NCBI GenBank assembly: GCA_038227875.1
Contig: JBBRPR010000065.1
Coordinates: 1 to 45,265, forward strand
From: Planctomycetota bacterium
GTDB taxonomy: Bacteria; Planctomycetota; SZUA-567; H5-PLA8
Direction of reading: 5' to 3'
Length of the DNA stretch: 45,265 bases
The position numbers and the translations under genes are program-made. This document shows positions 1 to 8,709 of the stretch, one piece after another. A model generated the notes under the pieces. The model had not been told where the DNA came from. It made no database searches and worked only from the letters and a program-made list of their open reading frames with translations. How positions within the stretch are numbered: the first letter of the stretch is position 1; each line of letters begins with the position of its first letter.

Positions 1-53
1 GAGCATGTCGAACGGGCGAGAGACGCGCCGCGTTTGCAATTTGGCCCGCAGTT

Positions 54-243
54 GTGTGCCACTGGTGGCTGGCCGTAAAGCCACCAGTGCCGACCTCGCA
101 AACAAAGCTCGCCCGTCCGAAGCGCCACCGATCGCGCGTAGCGCCCGTCAATAGCCACGCGCCCCGCGCGCACTCAACCTCTCACGAACCATCCACTTGG
201 TTCCGCGAGCGCGGCACTGGTGGACAAGCCACCAGTGGCACAC
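54..243. repeat. Inverted REP-like doublet (GTGTGCCACTGGTGG...CCACCAGTG hairpins)
   Basis: Hairpin unit at 54-92 and its reverse-complement partner at 212-243; each has a CACTGGTGG/CCACCAGTG stem and a GTGTGC foot. Confidence 0.8.
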
Positions 244-386
244 TCCAACGTCCAAATTCCAAGAGAATCCCGATGATCCGAATTGCAATCGCAACGACCC
301 AATCACCAATCTCTCGTTCCCCGCGAGCCGAAGTCAGCCGCGGTCCGCCCCGCATCCCAACCACGCCCCGCCATCCGCCCCTCGTA

Positions 387-421
387 AATGAAAAATGACC
401 AATGCCCAATGACCAATGACT
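387..421. repeat. Heptamer tandem repeat (AATGACC)x5, degenerate
   Basis: aatgaaa aatgacc aatgccc aatgacc aatgact read directly. Confidence 0.8.
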
Positions 422-457
422 CCGTAAAACCCCTCTTGCAACAGGAGACAAAAGACC

Positions 458-1102
458 ATGCCACTAAACCCCAACCAGCACCGCGCCGTCGGCCTCCTCG
501 CGATGGGCCTGAGCACCACCATTGTTGCCAACGATCTCGGCATCTGCCGACAAACGCTCTGCCGCTGGAAACAGATCCCCGAATTCCAGGAAGCTCTCGA
601 TCGCGAAGTCGGCGAAATGATGGCCGGCCTCAGCACTCAAGTTCAATCCACCGCGCACAACCTCGTCGAAGGCGGCCTCGAAGCCACGCAGCACCTGCGC
701 TACGTGATGGTCAAGCACGGCGTGAAAGATCAAGACCGCAGAATCTGCGCCGCGCAACTCCTCCATTACGCGCAACGCTTCTACGACCTGCTCGGCTTCA
801 ACGCGAAACTAACGACCCCGCGCAAACTCCAGAACGAAGACCTCGCCAATCTCTCGCAAGCGGAGCTCTCCAACTCTGAAGCAACTCCCGACTCCCCAAG
901 CGACGCCGCCGCATTCCCCTCTCCCCTTGAACGAGAGGTCCGACGCGACCCTGAGCTTGTCGAAGGGGAGAGCGGGGTAAGCGGTAACGCGCCGCCCGTT
1001 CTCGACAGCGCCCAAGCCGCAGCGCAAGCACCCCTCAACGCGCTTGAACCCAACCCTGTGCCGCGCGCCGCCATTCGATCCTCCGACTTGCAACCGGCTT
1101 GA
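458..1102 (+). CDS. Helix-turn-helix protein (N-terminal HTH resembling phBC6A51/terminase-small-subunit-like HTHs) with a low-complexity C-terminal tail
   Basis: AGGAG upstream of ATG; N-terminus LLAMGLSTTIVANDLGICRQTLCRWKQIPEFQEAL fits an HTH followed by WxxxPEF. Confidence 0.7.
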   Translation: MPLNPNQHRAVGLLAMGLSTTIVANDLGICRQTLCRWKQIPEFQEALDREVGEMMAGLSTQVQSTAHNLVEGGLEATQHLRYVMVKHGVKDQDRRICAAQLLHYAQRFYDLLGFNAKLTTPRKLQNEDLANLSQAELSNSEATPDSPSDAAAFPSPLEREVRRDPELVEGESGVSGNAPPVLDSAQAAAQAPLNALEPNPVPRAAIRSSDLQPA

Positions 1103-1215
1103 CCACAGTGACCAGGGCTTATGCAGCGCGGTTCTCAGCGCCAACGGGATTCGTTCCCGGGTGTGTCCTGACTCGGCGCGTTACCCACTCGCAAACCCTT
1201 TTCGCACGGTCACCG

Positions 1216-1569
1216 TTACTCCACGCGTACAGGAGCCTCTCGAGCAGGCGTGACGTCCGCCTGCTCACACTTCCCAATCAAGTACTCCCAGAGCCTCGCC
1301 ACAAACGCCAACATCAACAGCGCCACGCATCCATCGCCGACTGCGGCAAGAGGAAAATAATGATTGCTGTCCTCCCCAATCCTGAAGGCAAACGGCCACC
1401 CCTGGCGCAATTCAAAAAGCGGTTCGAGCGGCGGAATAAACCCCGGCAAGTCGCGAAGGATATGCCGCGGCTCCACATTCGCCCAAACCAGCCACGCCGC
1501 AACAAACATCAACACGACGCATGTCGAGAGATGCAACTGAAACCACCGCCGTCTTCGCTTGTCGCTCAT
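1216..1569 (-). CDS. Small two-TM membrane protein with RRWFQLHLST N-terminal motif
   Basis: MSDKRRRRWFQLHLSTCVVLMFVAAWLVWAN, internal GWP, second hydrophobic helix; recalled as a planctomycete-type family; start chosen at ATG 1569. Confidence 0.65.
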   Translation of the reverse strand: MSDKRRRRWFQLHLSTCVVLMFVAAWLVWANVEPRHILRDLPGFIPPLEPLFELRQGWPFAFRIGEDSNHYFPLAAVGDGCVALLMLAFVARLWEYLIGKCEQADVTPAREAPVRVE

Positions 1570-1869
1570 CGCACGCACCCGGGAGACATTCATAACAGAG
1601 CCTACACCACCTCCACCCCTGTTCAATAATGACCTATGGGATCACTTAGCCCAGCCAATATCAGGAATTGGAACAGCATATTTGTAATTGCGAATCGCCA
1701 GAGACACATTTGAGATCGTGTCATTTTTGAAGCCCATTTCTTCTGACTTTAAATGAATTCCGACTGATTTTATTAAGAACTCATGAGCAAGACTTTGGGT
1801 ATGAACGTTGCTCCGTTTTCAACGGTGGAGCAACCATCGATGCAAGCCAAACGATATGAGGAGCAAACT

Positions 1870-3750
1870 ATGGCCACTTCTGAACTGCACTCGCGGCACA
1901 CGGAGAGTGATTTGAAGGAAGTCCGCGAATTGATAACCACATTGGGATCCATCTATGATGCGATGGTCCGCGGTGGCGATCACGCTGTGAAAGTCGCGGC
2001 ACATCAGGCATGGGAGAAGAGTGTGGTAAATCTGCGGCATTACCTCGAATTGCGCCGCCACGATCTGCGATCCTGTCAGCCCAAACTGGCACACCTCGGC
2101 CTCTCCTCATTGGGTCGTTCCGAGGGCCACGTCATTGCAACGTTCAGCGCCGTGATGCGTACGCTTCATCAGCTGGCCCACCGCGAGTTCCAGGAACGTA
2201 TGAGTGGTTCGCAGATGGTTCGATTTGGAGACGGAGCTTCGCTTCTTGAAAGTCATACCGATGCGCTCTTTGGACCTTCTCGGCCCGGACATCCTGTTCG
2301 AATCATGGTGACGATGCCCGAGGACGCGGCGACTGATGCGAAGCTGGTGCGCAGTCTGGTGGAAGCCGGCATGGACTGTATGCGTATTAATTGCGCCCAT
2401 GACGATGCAGCCTCCTGGAAAGGTATGATCGACAATCTTCGCGCGGCAGAGCGGGAAACCGGCCGTACCTGCAAAATATTGATGGATCTGGCCGGACCCA
2501 AATTGCGAACGGGATCCATTCATGCGCTGCCCGTCGTAAAGTGCCGGCCAAAACGCGATGAACTGGGGCGGGTGATTTCACCGTCGCGGGTGTGGCTCTT
2601 TAAATCCGACTACACCGGATCCCTCCCTGACGCCGATGCACATCTGCCTCTTCCAGCTGCGTTTATTGAGAAACTCAAACCCGGCGATGTTCTCTGGTTT
2701 TCCGATTGCCGCGGCGCCAGGCGCAGCTTGAACGTCGTAGGCATTGCCACTTCGGGACGTTGGGCTGAAGCGACGCGCACATTCTACGTCCGTCCTGGAT
2801 TGAAACTCCATTTGAGCTCCACCACGCACGTACTCGATACGCTCACGGCGGAGATCGGCGCCGCGATTCCTTTCGAACCGTTCTTAACGCTGCGCGCCGG
2901 CGATCCGCTGGTGCTCATGCGCTCGCAGGATCCCGGAAAGCCAGCGGAGTTGGATGCCGGCGGCCGCGTAATCCAGCCGGCGCGTGTGCCATGCACGCTG
3001 CCTGAAGTGTTCGACAGCGTCAAGCCCGGTGAAGCGATCTGGTTTGACGACGGCAAGATCGGCGGTGTTATCACAGAGGCGAACGCAGATGAATTGCGGG
3101 TTAAGATTCAGGTCTTGTCGGGCGCGACGGCAAAATTGTACAGCGACAAGGGAATCAACCTTCCTGACAGCCGCCTCTCCCTCCACGCGCTGACCGAGAG
3201 CGAACTCGCCCATCTTCCGTTTGTGGCCGAACACGCCGACCTCATCGGAATGTCCTTCATTGAGCGCGCAGAGGATATCCTGGATTTGCAACACCGGCTT
3301 CACGAGATGGGACATCAACCCGGTATCATTTTGAAAATCGAAACACGCCGTGCCTTCGAAGCGCTTCCGGAACTGCTGCAGGCCGCCATGCACAGTTCCA
3401 CCGCCGGTGTGATGATTGCCCGCGGCGACCTGGCGGTGGAATGCGGTTTTGAACGACTCGCTGAAGTGCAGGAAGAAATCCTATGGATTTGCGAAGCCGC
3501 GCATATGCCGGTGGTTTGGGCAACGCAGGTGCTGGAATCAATGGCGAAGTCGGGGCGTCCCTCGCGTTCGGAAGTGACCGATGCGGCCATGGGCGAACGC
3601 GCGGAATGCGTCATGCTCAACAAGGGTCCGCACATCCTCGCAGCAATCCGCACGCTCGATGAGATTCTGCAGCGCATGCAGTCCCATCAGCGCAAGAAAT
3701 CGGCGCTTCTGCGAGAGCTGAAATCATGGGGACACCTGGCCGTACCGTAA
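1870..3750 (+). CDS. pyk: Pyruvate kinase, long form
   Basis: Motifs RINCAHD, MDLAGPKLRTG, DDGKI, KGINLPD, LKIET, MIARGDLAVE, WATQVLE, RSEVTDAA, ECVMLNKG; GAGGAG RBS before ATG 1870. Confidence 0.92.
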   Translation: MATSELHSRHTESDLKEVRELITTLGSIYDAMVRGGDHAVKVAAHQAWEKSVVNLRHYLELRRHDLRSCQPKLAHLGLSSLGRSEGHVIATFSAVMRTLHQLAHREFQERMSGSQMVRFGDGASLLESHTDALFGPSRPGHPVRIMVTMPEDAATDAKLVRSLVEAGMDCMRINCAHDDAASWKGMIDNLRAAERETGRTCKILMDLAGPKLRTGSIHALPVVKCRPKRDELGRVISPSRVWLFKSDYTGSLPDADAHLPLPAAFIEKLKPGDVLWFSDCRGARRSLNVVGIATSGRWAEATRTFYVRPGLKLHLSSTTHVLDTLTAEIGAAIPFEPFLTLRAGDPLVLMRSQDPGKPAELDAGGRVIQPARVPCTLPEVFDSVKPGEAIWFDDGKIGGVITEANADELRVKIQVLSGATAKLYSDKGINLPDSRLSLHALTESELAHLPFVAEHADLIGMSFIERAEDILDLQHRLHEMGHQPGIILKIETRRAFEALPELLQAAMHSSTAGVMIARGDLAVECGFERLAEVQEEILWICEAAHMPVVWATQVLESMAKSGRPSRSEVTDAAMGERAECVMLNKGPHILAAIRTLDEILQRMQSHQRKKSALLRELKSWGHLAVP

Positions 3751-3842
3751 TCATCTCGCGAATTGTGGCGAGGGTCAGTCACCCCGCCGTCTCGGTCTGT
3801 CGCACATCGCACGCAGCACCTATGGTGCACCCCTGTTTCGAT

Positions 3843-3870
3843 GTAACATTCGGTAACATTCCGTAACATT
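3843..3870 (+). repeat. Three phased GTAACATT direct repeats (10-bp period), possible protein-binding site
   Basis: gtaacattcg gtaacattcc gtaacatt read directly; related inverted copy at 39167-39195. Confidence 0.7.
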
Positions 3871-3884
3871 GTCCGCTGGAAAAC

Positions 3885-3912
3885 GAATCCCGACTCCCCA
3901 ATCCCGAATCCC
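3885..3912. repeat. Heptamer tandem repeat (GAATCCC)x4, degenerate
   Basis: gaatccc gactccc caatccc gaatccc; same family at 14854-14881 and 37121-37141. Confidence 0.75.
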
Positions 3913-4003
3913 GTACCTGATCCATTCCGCAATAGACCTTGACTCAAAATCGGTAGCACACTATCTACTCCCCACTCTAATCAACCCACGAGGTCCGTGC
4001 TTT

Positions 4004-4297
4004 ATGGCCAGTTTCGATTCCAAAGACGCTCCGCAGCCCGATACGTCTGAAAACGCGGGCACCATCGCCCGCAACGCGTTCTACGGGCTGATCCTGTTTG
4101 TGATCTACCTCGCCTTTTACGGCGGCTTCATGTACCTCAACGCCTTCAACCGCGATCTGATGGCCTCCCGGCCCTTCGGCGGGATCAACCTCGCGATCCT
4201 CTACGGCATGGCGCTGATTCTCGCCGCCCTCGTCCTCGCCGCGATCTACATGTTCCTCTGCCGCGCCAGCAAGACGGAGGACGCCGCGAAACCATGA
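4004..4297 (+). CDS. DUF485 family small membrane protein (ActP partner)
   Basis: Two TM helices (GLILFVIYLAFYGGFMYLNAF, GINLAILYGMALIL); stop overlaps the actP start (ATGA). Confidence 0.85.
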   Translation: MASFDSKDAPQPDTSENAGTIARNAFYGLILFVIYLAFYGGFMYLNAFNRDLMASRPFGGINLAILYGMALILAALVLAAIYMFLCRASKTEDAAKP

Positions 4298-6222
4298 TCT
4301 ACGAATTCTCCTCCTTCACCTTCTCGATCTTCGCGGCCTTCGTCGGCTCGGTCCTGATCTTAAGTTTCTATCTCGGATCGAAGGCCAAATCCGCCAAGGC
4401 CTACTACGCGGCCGGCGGCGGTATCCACTGGTTCGTCAACGGCGTGGCCTTCGCCGGAGACTACTTGTCCGCAGCATCCTTCCTCGGCATCTGCGGCATG
4501 ATCGCTTTCTACGGCTACGACGGCTTCCTGTATTCGATCGGCTTCCTCGCCGGCTGGATCGTGGCGCTCTTTGTCGTCGCCGAACCGCTGAAGCGCATGG
4601 GCCGCTTCACCTTCGCCGACGCTCTCGACAGCAAGTTCCATTCGCGCGGCATCAAGCTCACGGCCGCGATCAGCACGCTGGCCGTCAGCATTGTCTACCT
4701 GATTCCGCAAATGGTCGGCGCCGGAGCGCTGATCAAACCGCTGCTGGGCTTGGAGCACATCTACGGCGTGCTGATCGTCGGCGTGGTCGTCACGCTGATC
4801 GTCGTCACCGCCGGCATGGTCTCGACGACGTACGTTCAGTTCATCAAAGGTTCGCTGCTGGTCGTCTTCTGCTCGATCCTGACGGTGATGATCCTCAACC
4901 GCGGCCTGACCACGCATCCCGGCACGGCGGAGCAGCCCTTCCACACGTTCCGAATTCTCCCCGCCGCGGAAGTCCTCCCCGCCGGCGTCACTGAACTTCC
5001 CGCCGACGGCCCGTGGAAAGACAAGCCCTACGTCCGCTTCAAAGAAGCCGACGGCAACATCGCTATCTGGCGCAAAGGCCCGAATGGCACGCTCTCTGAA
5101 ACTCAAGTCGTGACCACAGCCAAAGCCGCCGGCTCCAAGCAAATGATCAACGGCAAGCCGCTGGGCAAAGGACCTGACGAAGCGACGCTCTACACCGTCG
5201 GCAACATCAGCAAACTTCCCGGCGGCAAAACCGAAACCGGAAGCCTCGGCCCGCTCGAGTTTTTCCAGACCCTGCAGGACAGCGAAGTCATTCTCTGGGG
5301 CACTGATACCATTCAGGAAGCCGACGGCAAAACTGTCGTCTACTACCAGAAGCCCACCTCCGGAGCAGAAGTTTTGATGCCCGGCAACAGTTCCACGTTC
5401 AAAGGCATCAAAAGCCCCAAGTTCACCGACAAACTCGACTTCCTCTCGCTGATGCTCGCGCTCTTCCTCGGCACCGCCTCGCTGCCGCACATTCTCATCC
5501 GCTACTACACGGTCAAGGATCAGGCCAGCGCGCGCAAGAGCACCGTGGTCGGCATCGCCAGCATCGGCTTCTTCTACATTCTCACGCTCTATCTCGGCCT
5601 CGGTGCGATGACCAGCGGGACACTCGACGTCACCAACACCAACATGGCCGCGCCGCTGCTGGCCAAGAGCTTCGGCAGCCTGCTCTTCGCAATCGTCTCC
5701 GCGATCGCCTTCACTACAGTGCTGGGCACCGTCAGCGGCCTGATCATGGCCGCCAGCGGCGCCGTCGCGCACGACATCTTGACCAACTACATGCAACTGG
5801 AACTGAACGACGACGGCAAAGTCCGCGCCGGGAAAATGGTCGCCGTGGTTGTCGGTATTGTAGCGATGGCCCTGGGCGTCGTCTTCGAAACGATGAACAC
5901 CAGCTTCCTGGTCGGCTGGGCCTTCAACGTCGCCGCGTCAGCCAATTTGCCCTCGCTGGTGATGGTGCTTTTCTGGAAGCGCACGACCAAGCAGGGCATC
6001 ACCGTGGCGATCCTGGTCGGGATGCTCTCTTCGCTGCTCTGGATTTTCCTGAGCGCCCAGGCCTACACCGTCTACGGCTGGGACCCCGCGAAGGCGATCG
6101 TCCCCTTCAGCCAGCCGGCGATTGTCACCGTGCCGCTGGGCTTCATCACCTTGATCGCCGTCTCCCTGTTCACCCAAAAAACCGGCACCGCCGAAGCGGT
6201 GGCCGCGCAGCGGGCAGGGTAG
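4294..6222 (+). CDS. actP: Cation/acetate (monocarboxylate) symporter, SSS family
   Basis: NGVAFAGDYLSAASFLG, GRFTFAD, YLIPQMVGAG, GTASLPHILIRYYTV, AFNVAASANLP; coupled to DUF485. Confidence 0.9.
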   Translation: MIYEFSSFTFSIFAAFVGSVLILSFYLGSKAKSAKAYYAAGGGIHWFVNGVAFAGDYLSAASFLGICGMIAFYGYDGFLYSIGFLAGWIVALFVVAEPLKRMGRFTFADALDSKFHSRGIKLTAAISTLAVSIVYLIPQMVGAGALIKPLLGLEHIYGVLIVGVVVTLIVVTAGMVSTTYVQFIKGSLLVVFCSILTVMILNRGLTTHPGTAEQPFHTFRILPAAEVLPAGVTELPADGPWKDKPYVRFKEADGNIAIWRKGPNGTLSETQVVTTAKAAGSKQMINGKPLGKGPDEATLYTVGNISKLPGGKTETGSLGPLEFFQTLQDSEVILWGTDTIQEADGKTVVYYQKPTSGAEVLMPGNSSTFKGIKSPKFTDKLDFLSLMLALFLGTASLPHILIRYYTVKDQASARKSTVVGIASIGFFYILTLYLGLGAMTSGTLDVTNTNMAAPLLAKSFGSLLFAIVSAIAFTTVLGTVSGLIMAASGAVAHDILTNYMQLELNDDGKVRAGKMVAVVVGIVAMALGVVFETMNTSFLVGWAFNVAASANLPSLVMVLFWKRTTKQGITVAILVGMLSSLLWIFLSAQAYTVYGWDPAKAIVPFSQPAIVTVPLGFITLIAVSLFTQKTGTAEAVAAQRAG

Positions 6223-6502
6223 AAAATTGCTCGAACTTCCACTTTCACAACAATTTCTCCCGAGGTAAGCTTTCCCCTTCGTGCAAATTTCAGCCTTTTG
6301 TCGAGCGTTGGGCTCGGCGCCTGAGTTTGCGTTTTAGTCAAAGTCTGGTCTTGGGCTTCGTTTAAGTCTAAGCATTACACAGGTGGAACTTATCGTCGCA
6401 CGCCTCCTATCCACACAGGGAAGGCGCTCGCGCATCATTCAATTCACACCCACTTCGAATGAGCTCGAGAGCGGAACGATTCCGCCGGGAAGGTCTTTTT
6501 AA

Positions 6503-8197
6503 ATGGTCAAACGTTTCAGCACATTGGACATCGGAGTCGGCACCGCCGAACTCGATGCCGAAGTCGCCGAATGCATGAAGGAACTCGGTGACGGCACCAC
6601 GTACAACGACACGGCCGTTGAATCCGTCGCCAATTTCACACAGGGCGCAATCATCAAGGGTCGCGTCGTCCGCGTCGCCGGTGACGACATCGTCGTCGAC
6701 ATTGGTTACAAGTCCGAAGGTTTCATCCCCAAAGCAGAATTCGAATCGCTCGACGATATCGAACCGGGCGTCGAACTGGAAGTCTACCTCGACCAGATCG
6801 AAGACGAATCCGGTCTCGTGGTGCTCTCCAAGAAGAAGGCCGACCGCATCCGTGGCTGGGAACGGGTCATGGAGGCCTACAAGGTCGGCGACGTCGTCAA
6901 AGGCAAAGCCGTGCGCAAGATCAAGGGTGGCCTGCTCGTCGACATCGGCGTGCACGTCTTCCTGCCGGCCAGCCAGATCGACATCCGCCGCGTGGGCGAC
7001 CCGGGCGACTGGATCGGCCGCGAGTTGGAATGCAAGATCATCAAGATCGACGAAGAACGCCGCAACATCGTCCTGTCCCGCCGCAAGATGCTCGAAGAAG
7101 AGCGCGACAAGATGAAGAAGGACCTGCTCACCACGATTCAGCGCGGCGAAGTCCGCCGTGGCGTGGTCAAGAACATCACCGAGTTCGGCGCGTTCATCGA
7201 CCTCGGCGGCATCGACGGCCTGCTGCACATCACCGACATGTCCTGGGGCCGCATCCAGCATCCCGGTGAAATGCTCAAGGTCGATCAGACCGTTGAAGTC
7301 AAGGTTCTCGAGTTCGATCTGCAGCGCGAACGCATCAGCCTGGGCATGAAGCAGCTGACGCCCAATCCCTGGTCGCAGGCGAGCACCAAGTACCCGATTG
7401 GCAGCCGCGTGACGGGCGAAGTCGTCAACATCATGCCGTACGGCGCGTTTGTGAAGTTGGAGCCGGGCGTCGAAGGCCTCGTCCACATTTCCGAGATGTC
7501 GTGGACGCGCAGCATTCAGCACCCGAACGAACTGGTCACGCTCAGCCAGCAGGTGGAAGTGGTGGTCCTCGACATCAACACGGAAAAGCAGGAAATCAGC
7601 CTGGGCATGAAGCAGGCCGAAGCCAATCCGTGGACGCACGTCGAAGAACGCTACCCGCCGGGCACGAAGATCAAGGGCAAGGTCCGCAACATGACCACCT
7701 ACGGCGCGTTCGTGGAACTGGAAGAGGGCATCGACGGCCTGCTGCATGTCTCCGACATGAGCTGGACGAAGAAAGTCACTCACCCCAGCGCCATGCTGAA
7801 GAAGGGCGACGAAGTTGAAGCGGTCGTCCTGAGCGTCGACAAGGAACGCAAGCGGGTGGCGCTCGGCCTGAAGCAGCTGGCCGACGATCCGTGGGCGACG
7901 GACATCCCCGGCCGCTTCCACGCCGGCGATGTGGTCCACGGCGAAGTGACGAAGCTGACCAGCTTCGGCGCGTTCGTCGAAATCGACAAGAACCTCGAAG
8001 GCCTGCTCCACATTTCCGAAATGTCCGAAGGAAAGGTCGAGAAGCCCGAAGAGATCGTGCAGCCCGGTCAGAAGCTGGACCTGAAGGTCCTGAACGTCGA
8101 TCCTGTGGAACGCAAGATCGGCCTCAGCCTGAAGGCGATGGCCCCCGGCGCGATTCTGAACCCGAATCCGCCGTCGGAACCGAAGGACGCACGCTAA
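6503..8197 (+). CDS. rpsA: 30S ribosomal protein S1
   Basis: Repeated S1 domains (VDIGYKSEG, FGAFIDLGGIDGLLHITDMSW, YGAFVKLEPGVEGLVHISEMSW); strongly biased codons. Confidence 0.98.
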   Translation: MVKRFSTLDIGVGTAELDAEVAECMKELGDGTTYNDTAVESVANFTQGAIIKGRVVRVAGDDIVVDIGYKSEGFIPKAEFESLDDIEPGVELEVYLDQIEDESGLVVLSKKKADRIRGWERVMEAYKVGDVVKGKAVRKIKGGLLVDIGVHVFLPASQIDIRRVGDPGDWIGRELECKIIKIDEERRNIVLSRRKMLEEERDKMKKDLLTTIQRGEVRRGVVKNITEFGAFIDLGGIDGLLHITDMSWGRIQHPGEMLKVDQTVEVKVLEFDLQRERISLGMKQLTPNPWSQASTKYPIGSRVTGEVVNIMPYGAFVKLEPGVEGLVHISEMSWTRSIQHPNELVTLSQQVEVVVLDINTEKQEISLGMKQAEANPWTHVEERYPPGTKIKGKVRNMTTYGAFVELEEGIDGLLHVSDMSWTKKVTHPSAMLKKGDEVEAVVLSVDKERKRVALGLKQLADDPWATDIPGRFHAGDVVHGEVTKLTSFGAFVEIDKNLEGLLHISEMSEGKVEKPEEIVQPGQKLDLKVLNVDPVERKIGLSLKAMAPGAILNPNPPSEPKDAR

Positions 8198-8221
8198 GTT
8201 CAATGTAAAGAATGTACGAAA

Positions 8222-8260
8222 ACGGCGCGAGGCCTCAAAACCTCGCGCCGTCTCATTTTA
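8222..8260 (+). terminator. Intrinsic terminator after rpsA
   Basis: ACGGCGCGAGG/CCTCGCGCCGT 11-bp stem followed by ctcatttta. Confidence 0.75.
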
Positions 8261-8366
8261 TTGGAACGCTCACCCGCTTGACGCAAAATTTTAAACACCA
8301 CTCCTATTGCCTGCGCTGTAAAACGCCCTACGCTAATTTTACGAACATCGAATCAGCAGGGAACGC

Positions 8367-8606
8367 ATGAACCAGATCCTCGTCGCAGAACTATTGGCCG
8401 AAGACGCGCTCCTCAAGGAGATCGCCGACGAGCTGACCGCCGCCGTCGCATCGGGCAACGCCGCGCGGATCCAGGCCGCCGAAACGCAGCAGCTCAAACA
8501 CAACAACCTCCGCCGCCTGATCCTCTCCGAAATGAGCAAGCTCGAGCTGGAACTTTACGAGCTGCAACGCGACCACGGCATCGCGGCGATATTGATGGAC
8601 AATTAA
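8367..8606 (+). CDS. Small helical/coiled-coil hypothetical protein (79 aa)
   Basis: Host-like codon usage, Leu/Glu/Ala-rich amphipathic sequence, purine-rich upstream; no family recognised. Confidence 0.6.
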   Translation: MNQILVAELLAEDALLKEIADELTAAVASGNAARIQAAETQQLKHNNLRRLILSEMSKLELELYELQRDHGIAAILMDN

Positions 8607-8616
8607 CACCACACTT

Positions 8617-8654
8617 CCGTTCTTTGCGCCTTTGCGTATTTGCGCGAGACAAAA
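8617..8654. repeat. CTTTGCG(C/T) octamer-type dispersed repeat (~40 bp)
   Basis: Reverse complement matches 44710-44747 almost exactly and 39092-39125 partly. Confidence 0.8.
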
Positions 8655-8709
8655 ACTCCAAAATCCAATTTGCGCCACACCCAACACACCCGGATAATCC
8701 GCCCCGAAA

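Noticed and set aside
458..1102. Prophage inferred from the terminase-small-subunit-like HTH
   Set aside because: No terminase large subunit, portal, capsid or integrase genes nearby in the window
6407..8203. 598-aa minus-strand ORF opposite rpsA (likewise 4360-5796, 24235-25602, 32894-34555, 37366-39153, 43176-44057)
   Set aside because: Antisense shadows of strongly codon-biased GC-rich genes; no protein motifs, and the opposite strand has a clear family
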